A DNA stretch of 63,538 nt, counting the filler, from Octopus bimaculoides (lineage: Eukaryota), in NCBI RefSeq assembly GCF_001194135.2. It is 6 parts of 6 records of this genome, joined end to end, with 100 filler letters (N's around TTAATTAATTAA, not from the genome) between each part and the next. Parts side by side here need not be neighbours in the genome. Positions count along the whole stretch, not along the records: positions 1 to 23,607 come from NC_068985.1; 5 more parts are not named here. One strand, given 5' to 3'. Both the position numbers and the translations under genes were made by a program. Below, piece after piece: positions 1 to 14,015 of this stretch; the first letter of the stretch is position 1, and each line of letters starts with the position of its first letter. The notes beneath the pieces are model-generated. The model was not told where the DNA came from, searched no databases, and saw nothing but the letters and a program-made list of their open reading frames with translations.

Positions 1-5
1 TATAT

Positions 6-46
<41 letters not shown>

Positions 47-2443
47 GATGTATACATAAGTACATACCTATATATACACAATCAGAGAATCTTGGATACA
101 CAAACTAATGTGTGTATTTTTACTCATCTGTGTGCGTCTGTTGCGGATCTAGCTATCGTCGAATGAAATCTTACTCTGATAAATGAAATTATTGCTGACA
201 GAAAATTACTTTCATCTGTCATCATCTTTAAAGATAAGGTTGACAGATACTTTGAGGGATATATCTCCATCTCACATCTGAATTTATTTATTTGGAAAAT
301 CATTAGAATGTCATCGTTATGAAATTGATATCAAGAGCGTTTACAAAGAGCGAATGAACACATTCAATTACGCTTTCCTAGGTACTTCTGTGAGGCGAAA
401 TGCTAGATGTGTTAATTTTCAGACGCACTACTTAATGTTACTATTCCAAATCTCATCACTGTGATTTCAAATCTCACAAATGTGAAATTTGTTTTTCATT
501 ATTTGAAGATAATAAAAAGAATAAGCTATACGTCCGATATTTTAGTAGGGTAGAATTCGCATAGGATATTTACGGAGCATGTGCTTTCCTGTATGCTTTC
601 TTCCTGCTCTTTGCATCTTATTTTTGAATCCTATCTAGATATTTAAATTCCCACTGATTGCTGTGTTATCTCTTCTCTGCCTATAAGAAAGTGGTTGAAT
701 ACAGATCAATACAGCCTACGGCATATGATGCTCATCATATTGAGACAACTATCCCGTAATCTCAAGAAATGTATGACATGTGCACAGATGCATCGGAAAC
801 AAAGCACCGTGGTCACCGTTCACATCACTTTGTCGACATTAATAGATGAAGTATAGGTATGGGATTTAATGTTTTACAGGAATAAATTTCATTTGTGTAT
901 GCTAAAACGAACTCAAATTCCTACTGTTTCGGTATTTGTACAATTTCTTCCATTGTTTCGAAAATATTGATAACGGGGGTTTGTTAATAATCTACAGAAG
1001 CAATTATTTCAAAGTAATTAGCTATAGTGCAACTGTACCAATATTATAAACCAACATCAAAATTTTCTTAACAGCACCATTGAACAATATATTACAAAAT
1101 TATCAAAGCACATTAAATACTATTTCATAAATCAAATAAGTATGTGTATATTGAGGTGAGAAATATAGTTTACATATTCCTGTAAAACATCTTATAAATA
1201 TGAATGTGAAATAAAAAAATAAAACCTAAGGCTGCTTCGATTCGCACCATGGCTCTATCGATTTACTATTGACCTCTATTAGAAGAGAACACCTGGCACG
1301 GCTTATTCTAGAATTTCTGCTATGTTAAACGCACTGATGTGTCTCGAGAGAATAATTTGTCTGTCATTTGGTGTTAACGAGATAGTCTTGTCTAATATTA
1401 TCCAACGAAGTGAGATGCCGCACTTTAAATTCGATGCTTACAGAGGAAAGGTGACATTGCTTGAAAAGAAAATATGGTCACGTTGCTGAGGAGTTGGCAT
1501 CGCAACTATGGCTTTCGACTTCAAAACCACTGCAGGGGACATCGGGCTTATGCTAGAAGGAATACTAATTAGTACGGCAATTTTCATTCGTTTATGCATA
1601 CATACATACATATATACTTTATTGAAAAGCAGTAGAAATATCACAAAAACTGTTACTCAGAGTTTCACGTTCCCGTTTGTCAGACAGATTTGTTTCGAAT
1701 CTAAACAAAACTTTCCGACGAACGGGAACGTGAAACTCTGAGTAACAGTTTTTGTGATATTTCTGCTGCTTTTCAGTAAAGCATATTACTCTACCTTTGT
1801 GTGTGCNNNNNNNNNNNNNNNNNNNNNNNNNNNNNNNNNNNNNNNNNNNNNNNNNNNNNNNNNNNNNNNNNNNNNNNNNNNNNNNNNNNNNNNNNNNNNN
1901 NNNNNNNNNNNNNNNNNNNNNNNNNNNNNNNNNNNNNNNNNNNNNNNNNNNNNNNNNNNNNNNNNNNNNNNNNNNNNNNNNNNNNNNNNNNNNNNNNNNN
2001 NNNNNNNNNNNNNNNNNNNNNNNNNNNNNNNNNNNNNNNNNNNNNNNNNNNNNNNNNNNNNNNNNNNNNNNNNNNNNNNNNNNNNNNNNNNNNNNNNNNN
2101 NNNNNNNNNNNNNNNNNNNNNNNNNNNNNNNNNNNNNNNNNNNNNNNNNNNNNNNNNNNNNNNNNNNNNNNNNNNNNNNNNNNNNNNNNNNNNNNNNNNN
2201 NNNNNNNNNNNNNNNNNNNNNNNNNNNNNNNNNNNNNNNNNNNNNNNNNNNNNNNNNNNNNNNNNNNNNNNNNNNNNNNNNNNNNNNNNNNNNNNNNNNN
2301 NNNNNNNNNNNNNNNNNNNNNNNNNNNNNNNNNNNNNNNNNCGCCAAGCCAACATGGCAGTCCCATATATATGTATATATATATATATATATGCATATAT
2401 ATATACATACATATATATAAATATATGTATATACATATGCATA

Positions 2444-2519
<76 letters not shown>

Positions 2520-3747
2520 TATATTGTTCCGTTCAAGATCACCTGTCAAAATACATTAAGAACTCAAGAAAGTACGATCCTCATTTTCTAAAGTACTATA
2601 TTATTGTCGTGAATCCTATTGCAGTATCGAATAAAGATTACTGTTTGTGAATCCATCCGCACAATTTATCGTTATAAAGTCAACAATTTCTAAATACCTA
2701 CACGGAATATTAATGTCTCTTCTAGGTCAGTTTCGTAGTGCTCTACATGATAATAACTGAACGAACAAGACATTCATTCTTCATAAATACTGACCTCTAT
2801 GACGTCACCTAATTTATCGTGCCAATAACAAATAATAGTATCCGTTCTTTTATGTTACCACCTGACAGAAATTTTGATAAAAATGGTCTATTAATATTTT
2901 TGTATTGACGTTTGTCTATATCTTCAGTCCAGAGGATTGTTCCCAGCTTTTAATACACGAGTGATTTTGGTGCATGGCATTCTATATTGTTTTCGCGACA
3001 AAGTCGTGTCGCATTGAAAGGTAGTACCTTAATTATAATTCTGGCAGTGGCTAATCACGTGTGTAATGTTTACCTCAGTAACATACATTATCCATATTGT
3101 CGAGGTTTCATTAAGCGCCCCGCTGTCTCGTTTTTTGGTAATAAGTATAGTGCAGTAATCTCCTGTTCTTCGATTGCAAATACACAGCCTTTAAAGGATG
3201 ATGTAATTCAGCGGTCAACAGTCTGTGCATATCTGCGATTCATATCAGTATATAACATACCTATTCCTTGTTTTGTTTCCTATGCTGAGCGTATTTATAG
3301 CATTTGTTGTTTAGAAGAAGAGAGAAGATAAAGAGACCACTGAGGTATCGCTTTCGAGTTAGGGGAACTTGTTTTCCACATATGCGTGTATATGTATCTA
3401 TGTATATATGTGTATGGGTGTGTGTGGCCATGTTAGATGGGTGTATGTGTGTGTGTGTGTGTGTACGTATGTATGTACGTGTGTGTGAGGGGGGCATGAT
3501 TGTGTTCAAAACTGAAATCAAGAAAAACAACACGGAGACCAAAGAACAGAATTATTTTGTTCTCTTCAGTAAGAAATTTAGAGATTGTAAGATCTTTTAT
3601 ATTTAAAGCTACAAGCTTCTCTTAACATTAAATTGGTAGAAAGAAATATTATTTATGAAGAAATGATAAAAGAAATGGCATATACAGAGCAAAGTAATGC
3701 CGAAGGCGTGTGTACGGATATTCACACATGTATACATACACACACAT

Positions 3748-3780
<33 letters not shown>

Positions 3781-3785
3781 GGTCT

Positions 3786-3817
<32 letters not shown>

Positions 3818-3904
3818 GTATATATTATACATTATACTTACAAAGAGGGAATACTGATTTTAAAAACCCGTCTAATGACGTAATGTTGTATTATATACTA
3901 TAAG

Positions 3905-4101
3905 TATTTCAGATGGTTTATCACTCAAACATCGACTTGAACTGCAACTTAAACAAAGGTGGTTTGCAGCGGCCTACCAACAAGGACTATCCACGTACTC
4001 AATGAGGAACCACTTATAGCCCTCGTTGGTAGGCCGCTACAAACCACCTTTGTTTAAGTTGCAGTTCAAGTCGATGTTTGAGTGATAAACCATCTCAAAT
4101 A
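3905..4101. repeat. Near-perfect ~85-bp inverted repeat, MITE-like hairpin
   Basis: agatggtttatcactcaaacatcgacttgaactgcaacttaaacaaaggtggtttgcagcggcctaccaac (3911-3981) recurs reverse-complemented ending at 4095 with 1 mismatch; TA at both outer ends. Confidence 0.85.
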
Positions 4102-5661
4102 TCTCTTAGTGAATAATGAAAAATAAAACAAAAAACAAACAAACCCAATATTTTGATGACGTAGCATTATTTGAGATACAAAAAATGTAGCATGCGTCAC
4201 ACAAAACAACAATTCGGAAGAAGGAATAGACAACAACATGAAAAGATGCTGATAAAGTAGTGATGGTGAAATATGTAGAAGGATCTGTCTTTGTCTTGCT
4301 GGTTACAAGAGCTGCATGAGAGGGAATGGTGGTACGAAGTAAGTACTCTATCTCCCGCAATTTGGTTTGCGGCGCAACTTATTTGACAAAGTGATGAAAT
4401 CCAAAAATGGCATGAAGAGCCTTTTATTAAGTCATGCAGTGAAGCGGCCCAAGAAAAAAAAAAAGATCTAAAATATCATAATTGCGAACGAGATGACAAC
4501 TAAAATGCTTCCGGTAGCAACTGTGTTTCAAAAAGTATACGTCCAACTCGAACTCGTGTTTATGTCTGTCATACATCTGTATGCATTTGTTTATGCAGCT
4601 GTGCCGAATTAAGACGTTTTCTGCACAATCATTCCTACTCAGCTTTCATCCGAATCCGTGGTATCTGCAGACAGTTTTTGAAGCCAAGCCATGGGGCGAA
4701 AACTCATCGATGTAAACTGCATAGAAGCATTTCGAATGAACTGTAATTTTGGACAGGCACGTTGTATCTGTCCAAAGGATAGGTTAATGTTCTCGATAAC
4801 TCAATGTGAAACGATCTCAGGACCCATCGTCAAACTTGGCGGTAAAATATTTTCTTATATACCAATGCCTCTAGAGAAGAAAATATCTAAATGACAAGTT
4901 AATCTACGTAGTAACTCTCTCAAGATATGACTTAAATATGTTCTTCAACCATATTTATGGATAATGCTAGCAGAATCAATATCATAAAAAAAGAATATTT
5001 GGAGTGAGATATCGCGCAAAATAATATTTTTTTCTGCATCTTGATGGTAAGGCTTATTCTTAGATCGATGTGTAGATAAAATAGCAGCATTTCTTCAACA
5101 AATATATACGCTTTTTACAAGGAAATATAAACAACATAGATACACTGATGTATTTTTATTTGGATATATATTCTTATATTTTTCCTGTATTCAAGGAATA
5201 GCCAAGTAAAAGGAGAGTTGATGTTTTTGCTGGAAGTTGTCAGTCGTATGCACATTTCTATGGGTTTTATGGACACAGCACTGCAGGATGTAATGAACTT
5301 TCTTAATATATTAACGTTCTAAAAGTAGTAATACAAACTTTGTCAGATACGTTCAGTGACAGTAATACTGTACGACTCTACCTATATACATACATAGATA
5401 CACACACACACACACACACACATATATATNNNNNNNNNNNNNNNNNNNNNNNNNNNNNNNNNNNNNATATATATATCAAAGAGAGAGAGAAGAGGAGAGA
5501 GGGAGAAAGAAAAAAAGAACAGAAAGACAGATTCAGAAAGAAAGGGTATACGGTCTACGTTTTCATGATAGGAAATGAAAACAAACTATTCCACCTAAAA
5601 AGAAACAATATTTTCAAAGAATTTAAATAAACCAAATAGAGTACGGATCGGAGATCACGGT

Positions 5662-5835
5662 TTACTCAAAGTAATAGCGATTATCTTCCAGCCCGGCTTC
5701 AAAACGGCTCTGCAATCTGGAGCATGCATTTCTCGTTGTGTCCTGAGGGAGATCTGAGATCAGCCCCTTGATCTTGGCCTCCTGCACAGCTAAGGATATA
5801 CAGACAGAGCAGTTGCTATCTTTCTCATGCACACC
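5662..5835 (-). mobile_element. Tc1/mariner-superfamily (maT/DD37D-like) transposase C-terminal remnant
   Basis: Reads GVHEKDSNCSVCISLAVQEAKIKGLISDLPQDTTRNACSRLQSRFEAGLEDNRYYFE*, resembling the 'AC..FRSRLEAVV...GGYFE' transposase tail. Confidence 0.6.
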
Positions 5836-5918
5836 CTATGCTTATTAATCTATGTGATCTTATTAATCTGTGTGGTTTTATTAATCTATGTGAAGTTACA
5901 AACATTTGTGTAACATGT

Positions 5919-6335
5919 CCATTTGCAGCACCAGCTTACGCGACCATTATAAAAGAAAAAGTACGTGATATTTACAATTTTAGGCTTTGGAGAGGCACTT
6001 CCTCAGACTTGCTTCAGAGGCGCGCTATTACATTGCGCGTCTATGACCCTTGTTGTTAGGAAAGTTTCAGGAGAAAAAAAAAAATTAAAAAGTGTGAATA
6101 CGGGATGAGTCTGTGGAGAAATCATTATGTGGGGTGGGGGTTCAATCAAGAGGGGGGATACGTATAATGATAGGAGGGAGAAAGGGAAAGAGGGGGTAGG
6201 AAAACGAATAGAAGGAGGCGAAAGAGAAGTAGGAGAGGAAGGGAAAGAAGAAGAAGGAGGATAATCGGAAGAAAAAGAAGGACAGGAAAAAAGAGAAAGA
6301 AAAGGAAAAAACAACAGAAAGAAAAGAAGAAGAAA

Positions 6336-6410
<75 letters not shown>

Positions 6411-7498
6411 AAGAAGAAGAAGAAGAAGAAGAAGAAGAAGAAGAAGAAGAAGAAAAAAGATAGAAGAAAAAGGAGAAGGAGAAGAAGGAGAAGAAGAAAG
6501 AGAAGGAGAAGAAGATACAGTGGGCAGTGGTGCATATAGCAAAACGTTTTATCCAGTCGCATGTTAACTGTGTGTTAACCATCGTTTCCGTTTGGTGCGT
6601 CTGTGAAAACGCGAGCAAGTGCGTGTCCGTGTGCGCGTCTGTGCGTGTGTGTGTGTGTATCTAAGTATTTATGTATGTTCGACTTTTTCTTTCCCTACTT
6701 GTATCTCTTTCTCCACACCAAAACACACTAAGGTCATAAATTAGGTCTCCTCACGACATACATCACTGACGTCTTTATCCTTTGACTCTGGACAATTGTC
6801 TACTTATCTATTTAATCGATCTTTTGAATTTGAATTGTCGCAGACTAATAGCGTTGTGTGGTCAAATACATCGTACTCCATCGGATGAATTTTGGTAGCA
6901 ATGTTTATGCCGTAGTGGTTGACACTCCATCATACTGTATAAACTGTCTTGCTATATGCAGCACGGCCCATTATATCTACTTATCCTCCTCCTCCTGCTC
7001 CCCCTCCTTCTTCTTCTTGTTCTTGTTCCTCCACTTCCTCTTCTCCTTCTTTCTCTTCTCCTTCTGTCACTTTTCTTTGCTCCCTATCTTTCTCTTCCCC
7101 TTCTTCTCTTTCTTCCCCTTCTCCTTCTTCTTCTTCTTCTTCTTCTGTCATTTCTTCCTCTGCTTCTCCTTTTTATTCTTCCCCTTCTTCTACTTCTCTT
7201 TCGCCTTCTTCTATTCGTTTTCCTCTTTACTTTTGACCCCCCACCCATCATTATACATATCCAGTCTCTTGATTCTCCACTGCCCGGTACATAATATCTT
7301 CCCAATAGACTCATCCCGCACCCTCGCTTTTATTCTTTATTTCTTCTCAATACTTTCCTAGCAACAAGGTGTGATAAACGCACAATATAATAACGCGCCT
7401 TTGAGGAACTCTGAGGGAGTGCCTTTCCAATGGCTAAAACCGCAAATATTACGTAAATTTCCGTTTAGAATTTTAACATAAACTGGTGTAGCAAATGG
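5919..7498. repeat. Diverged long inverted duplication (arms ~5919-6552 and ~6939-7498) with internal GAA/TAA versus TTC microsatellite blocks
   Basis: Matching reverse-complement anchors: ccatttgcagcaccag/ctggtgtagcaaatgg; cgggatgagtct/agactcatcccg; ggaaaacgaatagaag/cttctattcgttttcc; gcatatagcaa/ttgctatatgc. Confidence 0.8.
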
Positions 7499-10400
7499 AG
7501 ATATTACGGTAATATCTGTAACTTATAATTAAAGATAATTAAAGATGTGTTTAGGAATTTTTTTTGCCTCCTTCTTTTCATTGCTACATACACACAAACA
7601 TACACACATGTTACATATATATAACGAGAGGGAGAGAGAGAGATTAATGAGTAATCGTCAAACACTGGTGAAATATTTTATCATCATAATAGCGAAAACA
7701 GAAATCCTAAAGAAGAAAAGATTACTAAATTATTTAATAGTATTGCATTTTAAACATCAAGCTGTACGTTAACTGTCTTTGAGACGAAGTAAAATCAAAT
7801 TTATTCCAAGGAAACATATATCAAGTAATTTCGACAATTAGAATTCTGCGGCTAAACAACGCGATACCAAACAACGACTTCAAAATTAATGTATTTAGTG
7901 GTATTGATTTCTATGGAATCGTTTATGAAAGTGTAGGCTCACCTCTGTGCTCTATGTAGATACAATGGAAATGTTCATATACACATCAATGTACAAGCTT
8001 TATGATGTTTGAATAATTGTAAGTTCACAATATGATGTGTAAATATTCACTAAGAGACAAGAGTATTTGTTGTTGCAGTTCTTTCTTTCTTTTTTTTTTT
8101 ACAAGAGACTGCTTCTTATGTTATATTAGAAAGTACCTTAGGCTCTACATGAAATATGACTGAAACAGATGTTCCTTTACGACCATCACTTGATCGCGAG
8201 TATTTTCAAAAGAAATTTGCCGATGTTTCCGTTGCGTGACAGCAGTATATACAAAAATTTTGATTTTACTTAATCAAATGGCTTCTGTTTACTTTCAGCC
8301 AAGAATCATGCAACGGAATGTTGTCAACGTTGGCTACAATAAATATTATATATTATATGTCTTGACATTATATCAACATCAACTATTCAATGATCGGAAC
8401 TATACTGAAGCTTATTCAATAGATTTGATATCACTCTAATATCAACGGCAATTTTTTCTAAAAGGGTTTCATTGGCTCGACAAACTTCTTTAGTAACACA
8501 TAATACCAACATTTGGCTGAAGGCTGCAGTAGTTGTTGACATGTTTCTCGTATATCAAGGTAGTGTGGCCCCATGGATATTGAGAGCCATATTATATTTC
8601 ATTAAAATGTCTGCATGTAGAATTTAGTGATTCTGCACTTTTTCCTGAAGTTACGTCGCTGTTATCCTAGATATGTTTAGGTATTTCAAAAACTAACTTA
8701 GAAATTGTTTCATAATAATTCATTATAAACTTCAGGGTGCGGTACTAATGATATTCAGTATAAAATTATTAACACTATGCGGATGTTTATAATAGTTTAA
8801 ATTTTAGATGTTTCGGTGTTTTTGTGATTTAACCACGGTTAAGCAATTCCATAGTCAAGGCCGTTATGGACATGACCGAAGTGTACTTAAAGTAATTTCA
8901 GGTAATTTTTTTTCAATCGGCTGTAGGATATAGTTTGTGGAAGATATCACTTATAATACATGAATTTCGAATAACTGTATGCACTCGAATTGGTTGTGCT
9001 GGCTCCTCAGTGTGCGTTTACTGTATCACAATGGCTTCTCCATAATGTAAATATAACGATAGGGAAATTGTCGCTAATATGACTGTAGGAGTTAAAAAGC
9101 TAAACGTATCGAGTATTTTATCTTTCCTCAATCAAAATCAACCCTAGAGCCAGGGGTTCCTTGAAATTATACCTGAACACCAGCGAAAGACTAGAACACA
9201 CACGGTTTAGAAGAAGGGTTTGTTTTCTTAAAGATATTAGACAAAAGCACTTTATATCTGCAAGAACTGCAATTTAAACATGTAAAATGAACGTGGTTCT
9301 GAAATGAAATCAAGAAAGCTGACGTCATATGAGAGGATCACTGGACGAAATTAATTAACGGTTTCCCGGATAGCTATTGTGTTTTGTAGTCCAAGGTGTC
9401 CTCTCTGTCCGTCAAAATACTTTTATCTCTCAAGATTATATAACATATGATGTTATTGTGGTATATTGCAATAAACCCGTGTCATTCGACAGACAACAAC
9501 TTATTTGCCCTCCAGGTAATTCTATAAAAACAGAGCAAGTAAAAATACTTTAGTGAAGACTTTCAGGAGACATTTCATTAATTGTTTTATAACCTTCAGC
9601 TTTCAAATACAAAAGAATTGAAGTTGTTGATGCTGTAAAGAAATCATCTTGCTTCGTTTTCTTTTTTTTTAACTAGGTGAAGGAAATTCTGTTCATTATA
9701 ATAATGAATTATGCAACAATTAAAGATAAATGAAATATCAACTAGAAAACACAGAAAGTAAATATACAGAAAATACAGCATACAAAACTAATAAAAATGT
9801 AAAACGACAACATCAAGAAAAAATCCGAAATTTCCAGACAAAGAAAGAAATCAGATTTAGTGAACGGCAAGAACGTGAAGGAAAAATTGGAATGAATAGA
9901 AAGATAAATGGAGAAGTCAACACTAGTCATTAATTTATTTCTACAAAAATGTCGTATAATAGTTTAGAAAGTTCTCAAGTTCTTCACACTTTCCTTATAA
10001 CATCGTCTTTATTTTGTGTTGATGTTTTTCATACTAACGTTTTTTGCTTTAGTTTCACTTTCGTTTTCTCACCGTGTTACTGTCATACACACCCCCATAT
10101 CGATTGAGGATTTTATTTACTCCATCTTCATTCTAAATGTGGTTTCTCTCTTAAGTTCGTCTGGCAGTAGAGTTTAAAGTTTTACTGCTTTCCTTCAGAT
10201 TTCTGCAGCAGTCGGAATTGTATTTGATTTACCGAATGCTTCTAATATAAATAACCGTCATATTCTGAGGTCAATTGAATCGACAATGCACAACGACACA
10301 ATATGTTACTATGTTTGTCTCTTCAAAGTAAAATCAATATCATTCTCTCTAAATTTGATTTTCGAACTGTTTTGCTACATCTAGATGGTTATCTATTTAT

Positions 10401-11009
10401 CTACTTATTCATAATCTCTCTGTCTGATTTACTGTCTGTATTCTTCCGTCTAGTCTCGCTACGCTGTTCTCATGCATCTTTCTTTTCCTTCCATCTCCTG
10501 TTATATTATAATGCATTACAAACACCTCTAAAACGTTCTTCATTGTAATCTGACTACAGGAATTCGTCACCTGTCTCTGTCTCAAAACATTCTATGATCT
10601 TCTCATCTTTCTCTTTCCCTCTCTGTCTCTTTGTTTCCTTCGCTCATCTCCCTCTCACTTTCTCTCTCTCACTTTATCTCAATCACTTTTCTCTCTAACT
10701 TACCACAGTCATTCATGTCCATATCTCTCACCGTATCAACCTACTCGGATATCTGAACAAAGATAGATTCAATTTAACAAAAGCTTGTTTATGTGGTCTA
10801 TTGATCTGCTAGAAATGGCTATTAATTTGTTTTCCTAAATATCGCCTTTTTTATACGAGCAATAGAACACATTTCACAAACTTTATATCTAAAAAGAAAA
10901 TACTCCGGGATGGTCAACTATGGAAGCATTTGATTATAAGTTTGTACCATAAGATCTGACCGTAAGAAAAACATCCGCGACAATAACTGAAATAGGAACA
11001 TCAATACTC

Positions 11010-11400
11010 TTTTACTCTTTTGCTTGTTTCAGTCATTTGACTGTGGCCATGCTGGAGCACTGCCTTTTTTAGTCGAGCAAATCGACCCCAGGACTTAATC
11101 TTTGTAAGACTAGTACTTATTATATTGGGCTCTTTTGCCGAACCGCTAAGTTAAGGGTACGTAAACACACCAGCATCGGTTGTCAAGCGATGTTGGGGGA
11201 GGGACACAGACACACAAACACATACACACAGACACACATATATACGACGGGCTTCTTTCAGTTTCCGTCTACCAAATCCACTTACAAGGCTTTGGTCGGC
11301 CCGAGGCTATAGCAGAAGACACACAGCCAAGTTGCCACGCAGTGGAACTGAACCCGGAACCATGTGGTTGGGAAGCAAGCTACTCCTCCGCCTATTACGC
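11010..11400 (-). mobile_element. tRNA-derived SINE family A; further copies or heads at ~11745-11905, 14335-14445, 16565-17100, 28790-28945, 34039-34270, 39425-39600, 46630-46765, 55935-56300, 59370-59790
   Basis: Recurring sequence 'gtggctgtgtggtaag..gcttgct..caaccacatggttccgggttcagtcccactgcg...gtagacggaaactgaaagaagcccgtcg' plus internal (TA/TG)n and 3' 'gtcaaatgactgaaacaa'. Confidence 0.85.
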
Positions 11401-13509
11401 CAATAATGAATGTTATTTTTTGATTACACACAGACACAGGCGCATAGACTCATAGACGCACGCACACACACGCTCGCAGCTATACGCATGTGCGTAGCTA
11501 TGACAGGGCCAACATATTTTCAGTCATACATGCTGAAACTGACGAGGAATTTGTTAAGTCATTGCGTCATCATTGCTTCTGAAAAGTTCATTTTCTGAAA
11601 AGTTATTTAATAATAGATTCATCTGTATACAGTCATGAATTAACACACACACCCCGGTAACACATACAACCTCAACGCTAAAGATCCTCAAAACACTCAT
11701 TCACATATATCATCTCCCTCACTCTACCTAAATATTCACAAATAGGCGCTGGCGTAGCTGTGTGGTAAGAAGCTTGCTTGCAAACCACATGGTTCTGAAT
11801 TCAGTCCTACTGCATGGCATATTGGGTGTCTCCTACTATAGCCTCGGTACTACCACATACTTCAGTGTAGATTTGGTAGACGAAAACTATAAGAGGCCTG
11901 TCGTATATATATATATATATNNNNNNNNNNNNNNNNNNNNNNNNNNNNNNNNNNNNNNNNNNNNNNNNNNNNNNNNNNNNNNNNNNNNNNNNNNNNNNNN
12001 NNNNNNNNNNNNNNNNNNNNNNNNNNNNNNNNNNNNNNNNNNNNNNNNNNNNNNNNNNNNNNNNNNNNNNNNNNNNNNNNNNNNNNNNNNNNNNNNNNNN
12101 NNNNNNNNNNNNNNNNNNNNNNNNNNNNNNNNNNNNNNNNNNNNNNNNNNNNNNNNNNNNNNNNNNNNNNNNNNNNNNNNNNNNNNNNNNNNNNNNNNNN
12201 NNNNNNNNNNNNNNNNNNNNNNNNNNNNNNNNNNNNNNNNNNNNNNNNNNNNNNNNNNNNNNNNNNNNNNNNNNNNNNNNNNNNNNNNNNNNNNNNNNNN
12301 NNNNNNNNNNNNNNNNNNNNNNNNNTATATATATATATATTTCACGGAATTTACTCTCTCCCTATCTCTCTTTTCCTCTTTCCCTCCATACGTACACACA
12401 CACGTACGTATGTATACAAGCATGCACACATAAATATATGAAAATAAAAATACATGCATATAGTTATGTACATACATTCACGACATACAAACACACATAT
12501 GTACGTATATCAACATACTCAAGATGAATATCGTTTATTCGAAATTCCAAAAGTCGAAAATGTGCCGGAGCCATTCCACCATGTACAGTTTGATTATAAC
12601 ACGTGAGTTTTTGCGCATCAGTCATCTGGTTTTATTCACTTTTTGTACAGTAAGCACAAGAGAGTTTACTTTTTCATGAAATCTGAATTTCACCTTCAAG
12701 TATTAGTGTAATGTGACTAACGTCAGTACATGCACTTTATTTTAAAATAGAATATAGTTTTATATAGAAAAAAGCCTTTTCAGTTAACATTGAGTTTACT
12801 AATATACGTGTTCAAGGTTTTCTTTTTATACCTGACATAAAACCTAAAAGCTGGGTTATAAAAAGTAAGATAGAAATGGCGAACACATTGCAAAATTTTA
12901 ATCAAGATATAACATCGTACGTGGAGGCTGCTATTCAACCTTTCTCGTGGTATTACTTATAAAAAGTTTTAAAATATCATATAAACTACATTTATTGTAA
13001 ATTTATAAGCTACATTATGACTTGTAACTTGCTATTTTATGTAGACTTGGGTGTAAATGTTCCTGTTCGAATCCAATTTTGCGAGGATTTATTCACAGAA
13101 ACAATATATTTGGACTACGAATGCCAAATTTTCGGGGGGTTTTGCCCAAATTTGCTATATATATATATATATACGTGTCTGCTCGTGTACCAGGATATCG
13201 AAAACTATTCATTTGTAGCAGAACATCCTGTGTTTGGAAATAGACATGACTAACCATGTTAAGAAGTTTGCTTCTACATGGTTCCGAGTGCAGTCCTTCT
13301 ATATGGTACTTTAGGGAAGTGTCATTTGCAATATCCCCCGGCCCAGCAAACTGAATTTGGTAAACAGAAATTGAAAGAAGCCTTTTGTGTATAAATGTGT
13401 GTGTGTGTGTGTGTGATGGAATAAGTATGAAACTTGAAAACATAAATACTGGGATAAATCTTGCAGTTCCAAGCAATGATGATCTTTATATTTGTACCAA
13501 TATTAAAAA

Positions 13510-14015
13510 AATTCATTTTGGTAGTTGAGTGCTGATATTTCCAAGCGCACAAATTACGGCTGGCACTGCATCCACTCTCTTCATTGTCCATAACCTGCGT
13601 ATTATTTCTCACTTCAAATCGTCAAACTTGCTCAGTTTTTTGTTCCTCTTCTTCGATCCTATTGTCACTAGGAGATGCTATGTCGATTATCGTGCAAGTT
13701 TTTTTTTTCTCTTTTTAGTTCACCGTAACATATGATGACTAAACTTAACAATTGCATCCCACAGGATTTTATAATTTTCATTCTCGGTAATTCTGAAAAT
13801 TGTTCACACCATGTTTCACCTCTCTATAGGCCATGATCTCCGCTGAACGCGCAATGGATCACTCTTGCTGCATTGTTAGGTCGTCTCTTGTAACCATGAT
13901 ATGCCAATTTGCTAACAATGTGGCATACCATTTCATCTCTCACACCGCATATTCATTCTGCTCTTGTCGCTTTCATTTTGCGTTGTCCATTCTACACGTC
14001 ATGTAGTTCGTACCA
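13510..14015 (-). mobile_element. R2-superfamily (R4/Dong-like) non-LTR retrotransposon 3' remnant: CCHC knuckle plus restriction-like endonuclease, with frameshifts and stops
   Basis: Pieced translation: ..CGERDEMVCHIVSKLAYHGYKRRPNNAARVIH.. and ..TIIDIASPSDNRIEEEEQ/KLSKFDDLK*EIIRRLWTMKRVDAVPAVICALG. Confidence 0.7.

Noticed and set aside
12524-12602. Possible exon DEYRLFEIPKVENVPEPFHHVQFDYN with GTGAGT donor
   Set aside because: Acceptor lacks a polypyrimidine tract and I recognise no homology. Other short open stretches in 1-23.6 kb (e.g. 10200-10330, 19196-19255) were likewise unsupported.
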